Positions 34,807 through 43,571 of a DNA stretch of 64,000 nucleotides are shown piece by piece (the first letter of the stretch is position 1; the number at the start of each line of letters is the position of its first letter). Source of the stretch: a virus; IMG/VR virus record IMGVR_UViG_3300048908_000307, positions 9,112 through 73,111 of that record, one strand, 5' to 3'. The translations under genes were made by a program, and so were the position numbers. The notes under the pieces were generated by a model. That model had not been told where the DNA came from and did not search any database. It saw only the letters and a list, made by a program, of their open reading frames with translations.

Positions 34807-36387
34807 TCACCTCGGGCTCACAGAGCGGACCGCAGCCCGCGGCTTGGACGGGGGCTTCAGGAAACGCAGGACGGCGTTGCCGACCGTGTCGACGAGGTCG
34901 TCGTTGGGGGCCTTCGGGAAGGCGACCATCTGCTCTTCGAGGGCGGGCAGCGGCTCGGCGTGCATGACCCGGGTGGGGATCAGCTGGTACAGGTTCAGGA
35001 GACGCTCGGCGCGGGTCTCTTTCTTCTCGCTGTTGGAGAAGGTGACGACCTTGACGGGCAGGTCGTGGAACACCTCGTGCCACAAGTCCCCGCCCTGGTT
35101 CGACTCAACGAGGATCGCCCCGACCTCGGGGAAGCTCTCCAGGATCTGCAGGACGCGGGCGCGCAGCGGCTTGCCCTTCAACTTCACGGCCTGCGCGAAC
35201 TTCACCAGGCAGCGGGCCGGGTGGGCGGGGCCGGCGGGCGACCAGCTGACGACGGACAGGCCGGTGAAGTCGCTGGTCTTCTTGGTGGTGACGGCGCCGT
35301 CGACGGACAGGTATGTGCGGGCGGTCGGGAAGGTGCCGTAGGTGAAGTCGCCCTCTGACCAGTAGGCGCCGTCGGCGGCCATCGGGTCGTTGAGGTAGTT
35401 CTTGCGGTAGCTGCGCGTGTGCTCGATCTTCTTCAGGAAGGAGAGCGGCCACTTCGACGGCCACATCGACCGCTCGCGGCCGTAGTCGTCGCGGACGATC
35501 GGCAGGTGGTGGTGGACGCGGAACTGCTGCTCCCCCACCCACGCGTTCGACTCGTCACGCTCCCCCTTGCCCCACTTCACCAGCTGGTGCGTGACGCTCC
35601 CCGGCAGCGTTACCGTCCCGGACAAGATCGCTCGTGCGTAGATATTGAGGGGCAGGATCGCGTCCGTAATGGTCTTGAGTCGCTTGCCCGCCTGGTAGAC
35701 CGAGTACTGCGCCTCATCTGGCTCAACATCATCTAGCAGCAGAAGGTCGGGGCGCTGCGATCCGACCTTCATGCCAAGGCTGGATGCGTCGATACCCTTC
35801 GCCGCGAACACGAACCCATTGGCGCGGATCACCATGTGCTTGGCGTCCGACTCGGAGGCGCCCGACGGACGCCGGCCGGCGGTGCACAGGTCGGGGAAGT
35901 CGCGGCGCAGAGCGGTGTTCTGGTCGACTTCCTTCCGGAACGTGCCGAGGTGCATCTCGGCCTGCGGACCGGAATCTGCGAACACCGCGGCGAACTTCAC
36001 GTGCCCGTGCGCAGCGGCCCAGAGCGGCAGGATGAACAGCATCCACGTGCTCTTGCCGGTGTCGCGGGGCGCGAGGAACGCGTCGCGCTGCTCCATCGGC
36101 CCGGCGGGCGGGATAGCCCACTGGCGGGCGAGGCGCACCCATTCGAGGTGGGCGTCGGCGAAGGTGATGCTGCCGTCGGGGGCGCGAAGGTGGTGCAGGC
36201 AGTAGAGGACGGCGAAGAGCAGGGGGTCGAGGCGGGTGGCTTCGATACGCGCGTCGCGGTAGTCGGGGCTGCCGTCGAGGAGGCGCGCGTCGATGCCGGC
36301 GACCCAGGCGCCGAAGTCGAACGTGTCGGCGTTCGCTGCGTCGCCATACGGGTCGGTGATGCGCGCCTGGTTGACGGCGGTGGTCAC
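34807..36387 (-). CDS. terL: Terminase large subunit
   Basis: Walker A APRDTGKST, Walker B LLLLDDVE, nuclease VDGA and PNDDLVD. Confidence 0.92.
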   Translation of the reverse strand: MTTAVNQARITDPYGDAANADTFDFGAWVAGIDARLLDGSPDYRDARIEATRLDPLLFAVLYCLHHLRAPDGSITFADAHLEWVRLARQWAIPPAGPMEQRDAFLAPRDTGKSTWMLFILPLWAAAHGHVKFAAVFADSGPQAEMHLGTFRKEVDQNTALRRDFPDLCTAGRRPSGASESDAKHMVIRANGFVFAAKGIDASSLGMKVGSQRPDLLLLDDVEPDEAQYSVYQAGKRLKTITDAILPLNIYARAILSGTVTLPGSVTHQLVKWGKGERDESNAWVGEQQFRVHHHLPIVRDDYGRERSMWPSKWPLSFLKKIEHTRSYRKNYLNDPMAADGAYWSEGDFTYGTFPTARTYLSVDGAVTTKKTSDFTGLSVVSWSPAGPAHPARCLVKFAQAVKLKGKPLRARVLQILESFPEVGAILVESNQGGDLWHEVFHDLPVKVVTFSNSEKKETRAERLLNLYQLIPTRVMHAEPLPALEEQMVAFPKAPNDDLVDTVGNAVLRFLKPPSKPRAAVRSVSPR

Positions 36388-36989
36388 TCGCCCTGCCCTC
36401 GCTTCGCGCGCAGCCTGTCGGCGACGTTGGCGTTCTTGGCCCGCATCTCGGCGACCATTTCCTGCAGTTCGATGTCCTGCTGGGTGGTTTCGGTGACGGT
36501 CGCGTCGACCTTGGTAGGCGCGTCGAGGCCGAGGAGTTTGCGCTGTTCGGCGTTGTTCTTGCGGCGGGCGTCTTCGATCCTGACGAGGCGGTCGATCGCC
36601 TGGAGGACGGGTCCGTCGTCTTGGAGGGGTTCGCCGTCGATGGCGATGACGCGGCCGTTGTTGACGGTGATGTGGTGCCGGTCGAGTACCTGCTTGGCGC
36701 GGGCTTCGAGTTCGCCGAGGCGGACCAGCTCGCCTTCGAGGCGTTCGAGGTGGAGGGCCCGGTAGGCGTCGATCTTCGGGTCGACTCGGCGTGCGAGCTC
36801 TTCGCGCAGGAGGTCGCGGGCGGTGGTCCACGGGATGCGGTCGCCGCGAGTGGGTCCGTCGGGGGCGGCGGTGATCGCTTCGATGGCGCGGAAGCTGTGG
36901 CCGTCGAGCTTCAACTGGAAGACGATCGCGGCCTTCTCGGCTTGCTCGGCCGGGTTCTTCCGGTTGTACGGTGCGGGTCCGCCAGCCAT
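36384..36989 (-). CDS. terS: Terminase small subunit (HTH)
   Basis: VFQLKLDGHSFRAI...RKLLGLDAP; overlaps the TerL start. Confidence 0.8.
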   Translation of the reverse strand: MAGGPAPYNRKNPAEQAEKAAIVFQLKLDGHSFRAIEAITAAPDGPTRGDRIPWTTARDLLREELARRVDPKIDAYRALHLERLEGELVRLGELEARAKQVLDRHHITVNNGRVIAIDGEPLQDDGPVLQAIDRLVRIEDARRKNNAEQRKLLGLDAPTKVDATVTETTQQDIELQEMVAEMRAKNANVADRLRAKRGQGE

Positions 36990-37011
36990 CGTCCGCCCTC
37001 CTCAGGCTCTG

Positions 37012-37101
37012 GATTGGAGTCAGAATCCAATCCGCACCTTCGAATCGTAGGACATTGGCGCGGAATAGTCGCCACTTCCCTACCGCAACCCGTGTTGCGG
37101 G
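37012..37101. promoter_or_regulatory. Late-operon control region with dyads and a TACGAT -10-like element (minus strand)
   Basis: GGATTGGA-N7-TCCAATCC near 37012-37034, CCTTCGAATCGTAG at 37037-37050, CCGCAAC...GTTGCGG near 37084-37101. Confidence 0.5.
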
Positions 37102-37133
37102 GGCACCATTGAAGGTAGGCGAGAGGAGCAGGG

Positions 37134-37322
37134 ATGGTCTCCGACAGAGGCGGACGCGCCGGCTTCGTGTACCGATCCCGCCAGTCCGTGTACCGCGCGC
37201 TGCGTCGGCAGGGCGCCAGCAAGTCCAAGGCGGCGCGCATCAGCAACGCCGGCCGGACGTTCCCGCAGCGCAGCGCCATGGCGCGTAAGGCCAGCAGGAC
37301 CCGACGTCGTCACGGCCGTTAG
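37134..37322 (+). CDS. Small, very basic protein
   Basis: VYRALRRQGASKSKAARISNAG; AGGAG RBS. Confidence 0.65.
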   Translation: MVSDRGGRAGFVYRSRQSVYRALRRQGASKSKAARISNAGRTFPQRSAMARKASRTRRRHGR

Positions 37323-37403
37323 CCGATCGGGGGACATTCCGCCGACATCTCCCCAAGTCGCCGGTGCGGCCCTACAGTCGGCTCACTGCGACAAGAGGGG
37401 GCT

Positions 37404-37610
37404 GTGATGGCTGGGGGATGTCGGGACTGCAACACGTGCACGAAGCCGGGCTTTGCGCGTGCGGGTCAGAACCTGGGTGCCGGATTCGCGCACCTGATGA
37501 CAGCGGGGATTAGCTGGGTGATCAAGCGGGGTGCGATGTCGCACTGCCCGCAGTGCAAGCACCTGCGGTCGAACCACCGCACCCGACGCGACGGCTCGTA
37601 CATCGACTGA
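37404..37610 (+). CDS. Small Cys-rich protein
   Basis: CRDCNTC...CPQCKH..SNH. Confidence 0.65.
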   Translation: MMAGGCRDCNTCTKPGFARAGQNLGAGFAHLMTAGISWVIKRGAMSHCPQCKHLRSNHRTRRDGSYID

Positions 37611-37620
37611 CGGCACGTCG

Positions 37621-37654
37621 AAGGGCCCGCTCCTGACGGTGGGAGCGGGCCCTT
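37621..37654. terminator. Bidirectional hairpin
   Basis: AAGGGCCCGCTCC / GGAGCGGGCCCTT between convergent genes. Confidence 0.75.
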
Positions 37655-37666
37655 TCGGCGTTGCGT

Positions 37667-37864
37667 TCAGCAGTAGTAGTGGTCGGACGGGTCGTCGTAG
37701 TCGCCGTCCCAGTCGCGGTCGACCCAGTAATCGCGGTCGGCGCGCCCGGCGGCGGTCGGCGTCTCATCCCAGTCCCGGCGGGGTTCGGTGAGCGGCTCCG
37801 GCACGTCGACGGCCGGGGCAGGCTCGGACGGGGCCGGGACGGTGGATGGCGGGGGGGCGATCAC
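37667..37864 (-). CDS. Hypothetical Pro/Asp-rich protein
   Basis: GTG start overlaps the upstream stop; DYWVDRDWDGDYDD. Confidence 0.5.
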   Translation of the reverse strand: MIAPPPSTVPAPSEPAPAVDVPEPLTEPRRDWDETPTAAGRADRDYWVDRDWDGDYDDPSDHYYC

Positions 37865-38220
37865 TGCGGGGCTCCGTCGTACCAGTCGGCGGGCAGCTCG
37901 CACAGGTGCCAGTCGGCGGGCAGCGGGGCGAGGGGTTCGACGTCGGCGGAGCAGGGGGCGGCCCAGGTGCGCCGCCAGCTGCGCGCATGCCGGACACGCT
38001 CACCGGCGAGGGGGTTCCAGCAGTAGATCTCGATGGTCGAGATGCGGGTGAAAGAGCGCGGATGCCCGAACTCGTCGGTAAACGCTACGGGGCTACCTGC
38101 CTCCGCCGTCGCCAGGTAGGAGTGGGCCATCTTGTAGGCCTCGCCGGCGGTGGCGTAGCGGCCGATCCGGGCGGAGTTGACGTCCACGATGAACGGCAGG
38201 GTCTCGTCGAGGTTTGGCAC
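37861..38220 (-). CDS. Hypothetical protein
   Basis: GGAG RBS; part of a coupled operon. Confidence 0.65.
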   Translation of the reverse strand: MPNLDETLPFIVDVNSARIGRYATAGEAYKMAHSYLATAEAGSPVAFTDEFGHPRSFTRISTIEIYCWNPLAGERVRHARSWRRTWAAPCSADVEPLAPLPADWHLCELPADWYDGAPQ

Positions 38221-38230
38221 GGCGGGCTCC

Positions 38231-38362
38231 TTACGGGGTGGTGACGGTGACGGCGGGCTGCGGGGTTTGGTAGTGCACGTCGTGCGGGGCGAGGACGCAC
38301 CACGCGAACAGCAGCGACAGGAGCGACATCAGCAGGCACAGGCCAGACGTCTGGGGTTTCAT
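38231..38362 (-). CDS. 43-aa single-TM protein
   Basis: MKPQTSGLCLLMSLLSLLFAWCVLAP; AAGGAG RBS. Confidence 0.55.
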   Translation of the reverse strand: MKPQTSGLCLLMSLLSLLFAWCVLAPHDVHYQTPQPAVTVTTP

Positions 38363-38371
38363 CGCGGCTCC

Positions 38372-38725
38372 TTACGCGGCGAGGCTGAGGATGTGGGCGG
38401 CAATGCGGTGCTTGCAGGGGTGGAGACCCTTGATCCCTGCCGGACACGAGCAGGCGGTGCGGTGGGCCTTGTAGGTGCGCTCGCCGTCGGAGGAGGGAGC
38501 GAGGTAGATGCCGCTACGGAGGGGGATGAGGGCGCCCTGCTCAATGAGCTCTTCGGCCTTGGCGATCTGGTGGGGCTTGTAGATGGCGATGATCTCGGCC
38601 TTGGCGGCGGCCCTGACCTTGCGGGTGCAGGTCGGGCCGTAGCCCGTCGCGACCGACTTGGCGGACCGGAGGGCGCGACCGCAGCGGAGGCAGTTCGAGT
38701 GCTGGTGGGTGGCGGTGGCGTTCAT
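38372..38725 (-). CDS. DUF6011-like zinc motif plus SWIM zinc finger protein
   Basis: CLRCGRALRS..S...GYGPTC and CSCPAG....CKHRIA. Confidence 0.8.
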   Translation of the reverse strand: MNATATHQHSNCLRCGRALRSAKSVATGYGPTCTRKVRAAAKAEIIAIYKPHQIAKAEELIEQGALIPLRSGIYLAPSSDGERTYKAHRTACSCPAGIKGLHPCKHRIAAHILSLAA

Positions 38726-38766
38726 CGGGTCCCCCTTGGTGCTTGCCGGGGAGGTTCCCCCGACTT

Positions 38767-38881
38767 CCTTACGAACCTTACAGTTCAATCCGAGAGGTTC
38801 GCAAGGTTCTTGCAGACCTTACAGATAAGGATCTTCGTAAGGTTGCCGCCTAGCATTCCTTACAGACCTGACGCGTCTTAC
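38767..38881. repeat. Cluster of CCTTAC/GTAAGG half-sites (probable operators)
   Basis: CCTTAC at 38767, 38776, 38817, 38858; GTAAGG at 38837; variants at 38801, 38825, 38876. Confidence 0.6.
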
Positions 38882-38890
38882 ACTCCTCAC

Positions 38891-39118
38891 ATGAAGAAGC
38901 CGCAGAGCGTCCCCGTCGAGCAAGCACGTAAGGAGTTCGCCGACCTCCTGGACGGCAGCCAGCACAAAGGCGAGTTCGCCGAAATCACGCGCAGAGGGAA
39001 GCGCTCCGGCGTCCTCGTACCGCCCGACTGGTATGACGCCGCCATTGCCGCCATCAGCGAAAACCGAGAGCTGAAGCGCCAACTGGCCGAGGTGCAGGCT
39101 GGCGAGGAGTCCACATGA
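38891..39118 (+). CDS. Phd/YefM-family antitoxin-like DNA-binding protein
   Basis: VPVEQARKEFADLLD...EITRRGKRSGVLVPPDWY. Confidence 0.85.
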   Translation: MKKPQSVPVEQARKEFADLLDGSQHKGEFAEITRRGKRSGVLVPPDWYDAAIAAISENRELKRQLAEVQAGEEST

Positions 39119-39435
39119 CGGAAGCGGTTCCAGCTCCCGGCACGACCCGCTACCTCTGCCCGCTCGAATGCGGCTGGCACCACGACGTCCCACCGCCCAG
39201 CGTCGACCGTGCCATCGAACTCGGCGCGACCGCCGACCCGGCTGCCCGGGACATTCACGAGGCGATCAGCTCGGTCGCGACCCGGGCCAGCTTCGCCGAG
39301 GCCGAGCGGACGGAGACCGCGTTGCGGGAGCATCTGGCCACGCACACCACGGAGCAGTTCGTGCGGACCATCCAGAGTTTGCGTGCGAAGGTGGCCCAAC
39401 TACAGGCCGCAATGCCCGAGGCCGCCACCGAGTAG
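39115..39435 (+). CDS. Hypothetical protein (YLCPLECGWHH)
   Basis: ATGA coupling to the Phd-like gene. Confidence 0.65.
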   Translation: MTEAVPAPGTTRYLCPLECGWHHDVPPPSVDRAIELGATADPAARDIHEAISSVATRASFAEAERTETALREHLATHTTEQFVRTIQSLRAKVAQLQAAMPEAATE

Positions 39436-39489
39436 CCCGCTTCCCGCATTCCGCCCCGTCTCCCCCACCGCCCCGGGCACACTGCGATT

Positions 39490-39690
39490 ATGGCGATCCG
39501 GGTGGGCGTACAGGCGGACAGCGAGGACGAATGCGCGGAAGGACTCGCGCAGCTGGTCGACGCCGGGTTCGTGCCCGTGATGCTGCCCCGGCTGCTGACC
39601 GACAACCGGTGGATGGCGCGCGCCGTCCCCGCCCGCACGACAAAGGCCCCGACCGCCGAGGATGGCGGCCGGGGCCCTTCTGCTGGCTGA
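39490..39690 (+). CDS. Hypothetical protein
   Basis: Plausible codon usage; converges on the transfer operon. Confidence 0.55.
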   Translation: MAIRVGVQADSEDECAEGLAQLVDAGFVPVMLPRLLTDNRWMARAVPARTTKAPTAEDGGRGPSAG

Positions 39691-40185
39691 TCAGGCGCGC
39701 GTCTTGTTGTTGGTCTTCACCCACACGCCCTTGTTCTCGGTGTGGGTTTCGCTCCGGTCCTGGTAGACGGGCCCGTTGTAGTGGTTGTGGATCTCGTCCG
39801 GGACAGCCTCTTTGACTCGCTTGACGAGCCGGCTGACGGCGAGGGCGAGGACGGCGGGGGCGCCGAACACGATGCCGACGACGGTCGGGTCGGCATGCCC
39901 GGACACCCAGAGGATGGCGGTGACGGATCCGCCGGCGACTGCGGTGAGGACGCTCCCGGACAGCATCAACGCGCTGGCGTCGGTGGCCTTCTGCGACATC
40001 GGCGGACGGCCAGGCTGGGCGACGGGCGGTGCGCCGCCGATCAGCGGCACGGGTGCGTCGTCGCGGTACGAGGTCGGCGTGCGCATCGCCTCCTCGACGG
40101 CGGCGAGCAGCTGGCGGGCTTGGGTATCGAGGTGGGCCTGCCCGGCCGCGGGGGCGGTGGGCGTCGGCTCGGGCAGGACGGTCAT
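39691..40185 (-). CDS. Spread (Spd)-like two-TM membrane protein
   Basis: Two TM segments then HNHYNGPVYQD..ETH...GVWVKTNN; last gene of the transfer operon. Family call from memory of Streptomyces plasmid genes. Confidence 0.55.
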   Translation of the reverse strand: MTVLPEPTPTAPAAGQAHLDTQARQLLAAVEEAMRTPTSYRDDAPVPLIGGAPPVAQPGRPPMSQKATDASALMLSGSVLTAVAGGSVTAILWVSGHADPTVVGIVFGAPAVLALAVSRLVKRVKEAVPDEIHNHYNGPVYQDRSETHTENKGVWVKTNNKTRA

Positions 40186-40198
40186 GGGGTCGGGTCTC

Positions 40199-40804
40199 CT
40201 AGTCGATTTCACCAGTGCCGGTGCACACGGTGCAGAAGACGCGTTCGGCGTCGTGGATGTGGGTGTCGAGGTCGATGTAGCCGTTGTCGCAGAACGGGCA
40301 GGCGTTGATCGGTTCGGGCGTGTAGTCGGGGTCGGGTTCGTGGCCGCCGGCTTGGAGGCCCCAGGCGGCGCCGATGGCTGCGGCTTTGGCGGCTGCGGCG
40401 GCGTTGCTGACGGGCTTCTTTGCGGCGCGCAGGGCTTTGCGCTTGTGCCGCCTCAGGGCGGCCTTGATCAGCCGCTTCCAGTACACGTCGCGGACGGCCC
40501 GCTTCAGGTCGTCGACGATGACGTCGGGGTGGAGGATCCCGGCGAAGACCGCGCCGCCGACTTCGATCTCGAAGACGTCGTCGTCCTCGGCGCGCTGGCG
40601 GCCGCTGCTCGCGGCCTGGATCTCCTTGAGGATGCCGATGGTGATGAGGGGCTCTTCCCAGCTGTGGGACTGCCAGCAGTTGCCGCGGACGGGCAGTCCG
40701 TCGATGAACCCGGCGCCGTCGAGGGTGTAGGCCTCGGAGCCGCACTCGGGGCACAGGTTGGGGTGCCCGTCGACCGTCATCTGCTGGATCTTCAGGGTGA
40801 GCAT
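40199..40804 (-). CDS. Zinc-finger hypothetical protein
   Basis: CPECG...CWQSH and CPFCDNG...CTVCTGTG. Confidence 0.7.
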   Translation of the reverse strand: MLTLKIQQMTVDGHPNLCPECGSEAYTLDGAGFIDGLPVRGNCWQSHSWEEPLITIGILKEIQAASSGRQRAEDDDVFEIEVGGAVFAGILHPDVIVDDLKRAVRDVYWKRLIKAALRRHKRKALRAAKKPVSNAAAAAKAAAIGAAWGLQAGGHEPDPDYTPEPINACPFCDNGYIDLDTHIHDAERVFCTVCTGTGEID

Positions 40805-40829
40805 CGGACCGGGACCTTCCTCTCTTTTC

Positions 40830-40991
40830 GGTCTGCCTGAGGTCTGCCATGGGGGGTAAACGTGCAGGTGGGGGGTCTGCCAGAGGTCTGCCACGGCCTG
40901 CCGCCCAAAGGGTCTTCCGGCACTGGCTGGCAGACCTGCGGCAGACCTGCGACCTGCGACTATCCGTCCGCTGGCAGACCTGTGTCAGACC
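40830..40991. repeat. clt: clt-like array of 8-bp repeats (candidate TraB recognition sequences)
   Basis: GGTCTGCC at 40830, 40841, 40874, 40885 (variants 40895, 40911); GGCAGACC at 40929, 40940, 40973 (variant 40984); abuts the traB stop codon. Confidence 0.75.
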
Positions 40992-43088
40992 TCAGTTGCG
41001 GACATTCCGGGCTGCGGTGATGTCGGTGAGGAGATAGCCCGGGGTGCGCTCCCCGTCCGCCCCGGTGACCCTCTTGACGTCGAGACCGACGCCGAGCGCC
41101 TCTATCTCGTCCTTGAGGACCTTGCCGACGCGGGTGGTCCAGCCGCGGTCCGTCTCACCGTCCTGCTGCCCGTACTTGGCCGGGGTGGTGGCAGCGAGCG
41201 CGGCGAATACCTCGGCGTTCGTTACTCCTCCGCGGCCGGTCGAACGGGCGAGGATTTCCAGCCGCTCCAGCAAGGTCACGCGGACGATGCGGCCGTTGCC
41301 GCGCTCTCCGCCGGCCGCCGACGAGACGCCGGTCCAGGCCAAGAGCTTGGCCTCGATCGGATCGTGCCACTGGCCAGGCAGGCGGCCCGCGGCCTTCCGC
41401 ATCTCGTAGGCGTCGGCAATGATCGGTGCCTTGTCGTCGTCGTCGATGAAGAACGACCGCAGCGAAACGGTGCCGAGGTCGGGCGACTTGAACCAGAACC
41501 GTCCGGGCTGGTCGAGCGGAATCAGCGACGCGTCGTACCCCTGGCCCGCCATGCCGTCGCCGAGGATCGTGTTGGAGGCGTTCGGAGACTCGGTGTTCAT
41601 GGCGGCGCGCGAGATCAGGTTCTGGCGGAGCCGACCGCGGACAACGTCGACCTCGGGCACCTGGGTTGCCGCCACGAGAAGCACGCCGAGGCCGGCGCCG
41701 ACGGCGCCGATCTGGGCCAGGCTCTCGACGATCTCATCGACGTAGGGGCTCGTCCCCTTGGCCGTGTACGTGGCCAGCTCGTCGATGTCGATGAGCTCGA
41801 TGCCGCCGATGGCCTCGATCAGATCCTCGGTGAGCTTGGCCTTGCCGCGCTCGTCGAGGAAGTCCGCCCGCCGGTCCAGATCCTCCAGGACGGCCCGCAG
41901 GAACAGGGCGAGCCTCTCGGGGTTCTTCTTGACGAACGTGGACAGCAGGCCAGCGAACGCGTTGTGCTCGCCGGACGCCTTGCCGTCGAAGAGGCGCAGG
42001 TTGACCCGCACGTCCTTGGTCGCGCCGAGGTTGAGGTTGGCCAGCAGTACGCCCTTGCCGCGGCGGGTGGCGCCGCCGACGAGCATCATCGTGTCGCGGA
42101 CGCGGACGAGGACGGCGTTGCCTCGCTTCCCGAAGGCGAGCGGGGCGCCGTCATTCCACAGGTCGAGCTTGCCCTTGTGGCCAATAAGCGGGGAGACCTG
42201 GGCACTGGCGAACGGGTCGGCGCTGGCCACCCAGATCTCCAGACGGGACTCGCTACTGCCCGCGCCGCGGCCGACGCTTAGGTCGAGCCAGTCGCTGTGG
42301 ACAGCGAGCGCTGAGGCGATCTCCTTCTTCTTACCGAGGGCGATCATGGCGGGCATGCCGGAGGGCAGGTCGACTGCGAACGCGATGCCGGGCCCTTCGG
42401 TGTGCGGCAGGCCCACGCCGCGGATCTCCGCCGCCCGCTTCTCGGGTACGACGCCGGCCTCGACGAGGACGCGCCGCATGGTCTCCTCGCCCAGGTGGGA
42501 GGTGCGGGTCGGGGCGGACACCGGGGCGACGGCGGGCTCTTCGGGCCGACCGAAGTAGCCGCCGATGACGACGAAGGCCAGCGCAAGCAGCAGCTGAATC
42601 CACCAGCTGCCTATCGTGAATGCAGCCGTGGCCCCGCCAGCGATGATCAGGCCGCTGATGCCGGTGCGGATCCAGTGCCGCTTCTTGTGGGCCTTGAACT
42701 CGGTGCGCCGTACCTCCAGGAGGGCGCGCGCCTTCGACTCGTCCGCGGCCCGCGCGCTGCCCCGCGGCTGCTCCTTGGCCTGGCGCAGCATCAACTTGGC
42801 GGTGGCGATCTGCTGCCGGTAGTCGTCGTGCCGCGCCTCCCACCACCGCAGGCACAGCCGGCGGTAGCCGCGCAGCGACCAGCCGAGGTAGTACGGCGAG
42901 TGGGTGACGTGGAAGCGGATCGCGTCGACCGCGTTGTCGCAGATGTAGACGAGGCGGTGCCGCAGCTGCTCGCCGGACAGGATCCAGGCGGCGCGCGGGC
43001 GGGGCTCGATGGCGAGCGGTGCGGCCTGTGCGGGCTCGTCCTTGACGAGCTTCAGCGGGGTGCGCTCGTCGGTCAGCGGGGTGGCCAT
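40992..43088 (-). CDS. traB: TraB-like FtsK/SpoIIIE DNA translocase
   Basis: Two N-terminal TMs, VGGATRRGKG (Walker A variant), LFDGK, IDIDEL (Walker B), AATQVP, GQGYDAS, C-terminal wHTH-like tail. Confidence 0.88.
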   Translation of the reverse strand: MATPLTDERTPLKLVKDEPAQAAPLAIEPRPRAAWILSGEQLRHRLVYICDNAVDAIRFHVTHSPYYLGWSLRGYRRLCLRWWEARHDDYRQQIATAKLMLRQAKEQPRGSARAADESKARALLEVRRTEFKAHKKRHWIRTGISGLIIAGGATAAFTIGSWWIQLLLALAFVVIGGYFGRPEEPAVAPVSAPTRTSHLGEETMRRVLVEAGVVPEKRAAEIRGVGLPHTEGPGIAFAVDLPSGMPAMIALGKKKEIASALAVHSDWLDLSVGRGAGSSESRLEIWVASADPFASAQVSPLIGHKGKLDLWNDGAPLAFGKRGNAVLVRVRDTMMLVGGATRRGKGVLLANLNLGATKDVRVNLRLFDGKASGEHNAFAGLLSTFVKKNPERLALFLRAVLEDLDRRADFLDERGKAKLTEDLIEAIGGIELIDIDELATYTAKGTSPYVDEIVESLAQIGAVGAGLGVLLVAATQVPEVDVVRGRLRQNLISRAAMNTESPNASNTILGDGMAGQGYDASLIPLDQPGRFWFKSPDLGTVSLRSFFIDDDDKAPIIADAYEMRKAAGRLPGQWHDPIEAKLLAWTGVSSAAGGERGNGRIVRVTLLERLEILARSTGRGGVTNAEVFAALAATTPAKYGQQDGETDRGWTTRVGKVLKDEIEALGVGLDVKRVTGADGERTPGYLLTDITAARNVRN

Positions 43089-43097
43089 GGCGGGGTC

Positions 43098-43571
43098 TCA
43101 GTCCTTCTTCCAGGGGGCGAGTCGTTCAAGACGGGCTTGGGTGCGGGCCATGCGGCTGTAGGGCAGGGTTTGGCCGCTAACGCGGCGGGGTGGGGTCCCG
43201 CCGTTGTTCCGCCGACCGTCTGGCGGCCGGCCGATGCTCGGAGCCATCTGGATCAGTGCGGCCTGCTGGCAGACGACCTCCCAGACCTCTGTCGCGCTGA
43301 TCAATGCGAGGCTCGACGTCTCGGTCCATCCATCGATTCCCAGCAGCTGCTCTCTGGACAGATGGGGCGGTACGTAGAGGCGGAAGCGGATATCGAAGAG
43401 GGCGGCCTGCTCGATCTCGCGAGCGAGCGTCGCCGACTTGGTGTGGAGGCGGCGGTATGGCGTCCAGCCTCGCCGTGTCAACTCTCGGAGCCGGTTTGCG
43501 GAGAGGGTCGTGTAGCCGACCTTGACGGACTGGAAGCCGGGGTGGATGAAGACGTAGGTGATCCCCGTCAT
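43098..43571 (-). CDS. GIY-YIG / T5orf172-like nuclease-domain protein
   Basis: ITYVFIHPGFQSVKVGYT...NRLRELTRRGW...AREIEQ...GWTET. Confidence 0.7.
   Translation of the reverse strand: MTGITYVFIHPGFQSVKVGYTTLSANRLRELTRRGWTPYRRLHTKSATLAREIEQAALFDIRFRLYVPPHLSREQLLGIDGWTETSSLALISATEVWEVVCQQAALIQMAPSIGRPPDGRRNNGGTPPRRVSGQTLPYSRMARTQARLERLAPWKKD

Noticed and set aside
34807-36831. 674-aa terminase as given by the ORF track
   Set aside because: The upstream part overlaps terS in another frame; the real start is most likely the GTG at 36387. No intein in TerL.
40830-40991. Repeat array considered as CRISPR
   Set aside because: Repeats are only 8 bp, irregularly spaced and in two orientations, with no cas genes.
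40992-43088. Host cell-division FtsK, or a separate complete AICE inserted in the prophage
   Set aside because: No host genes nearby, and no second integrase, Rep or boundary repeats around the module that I could see. A decayed AICE origin cannot be excluded.
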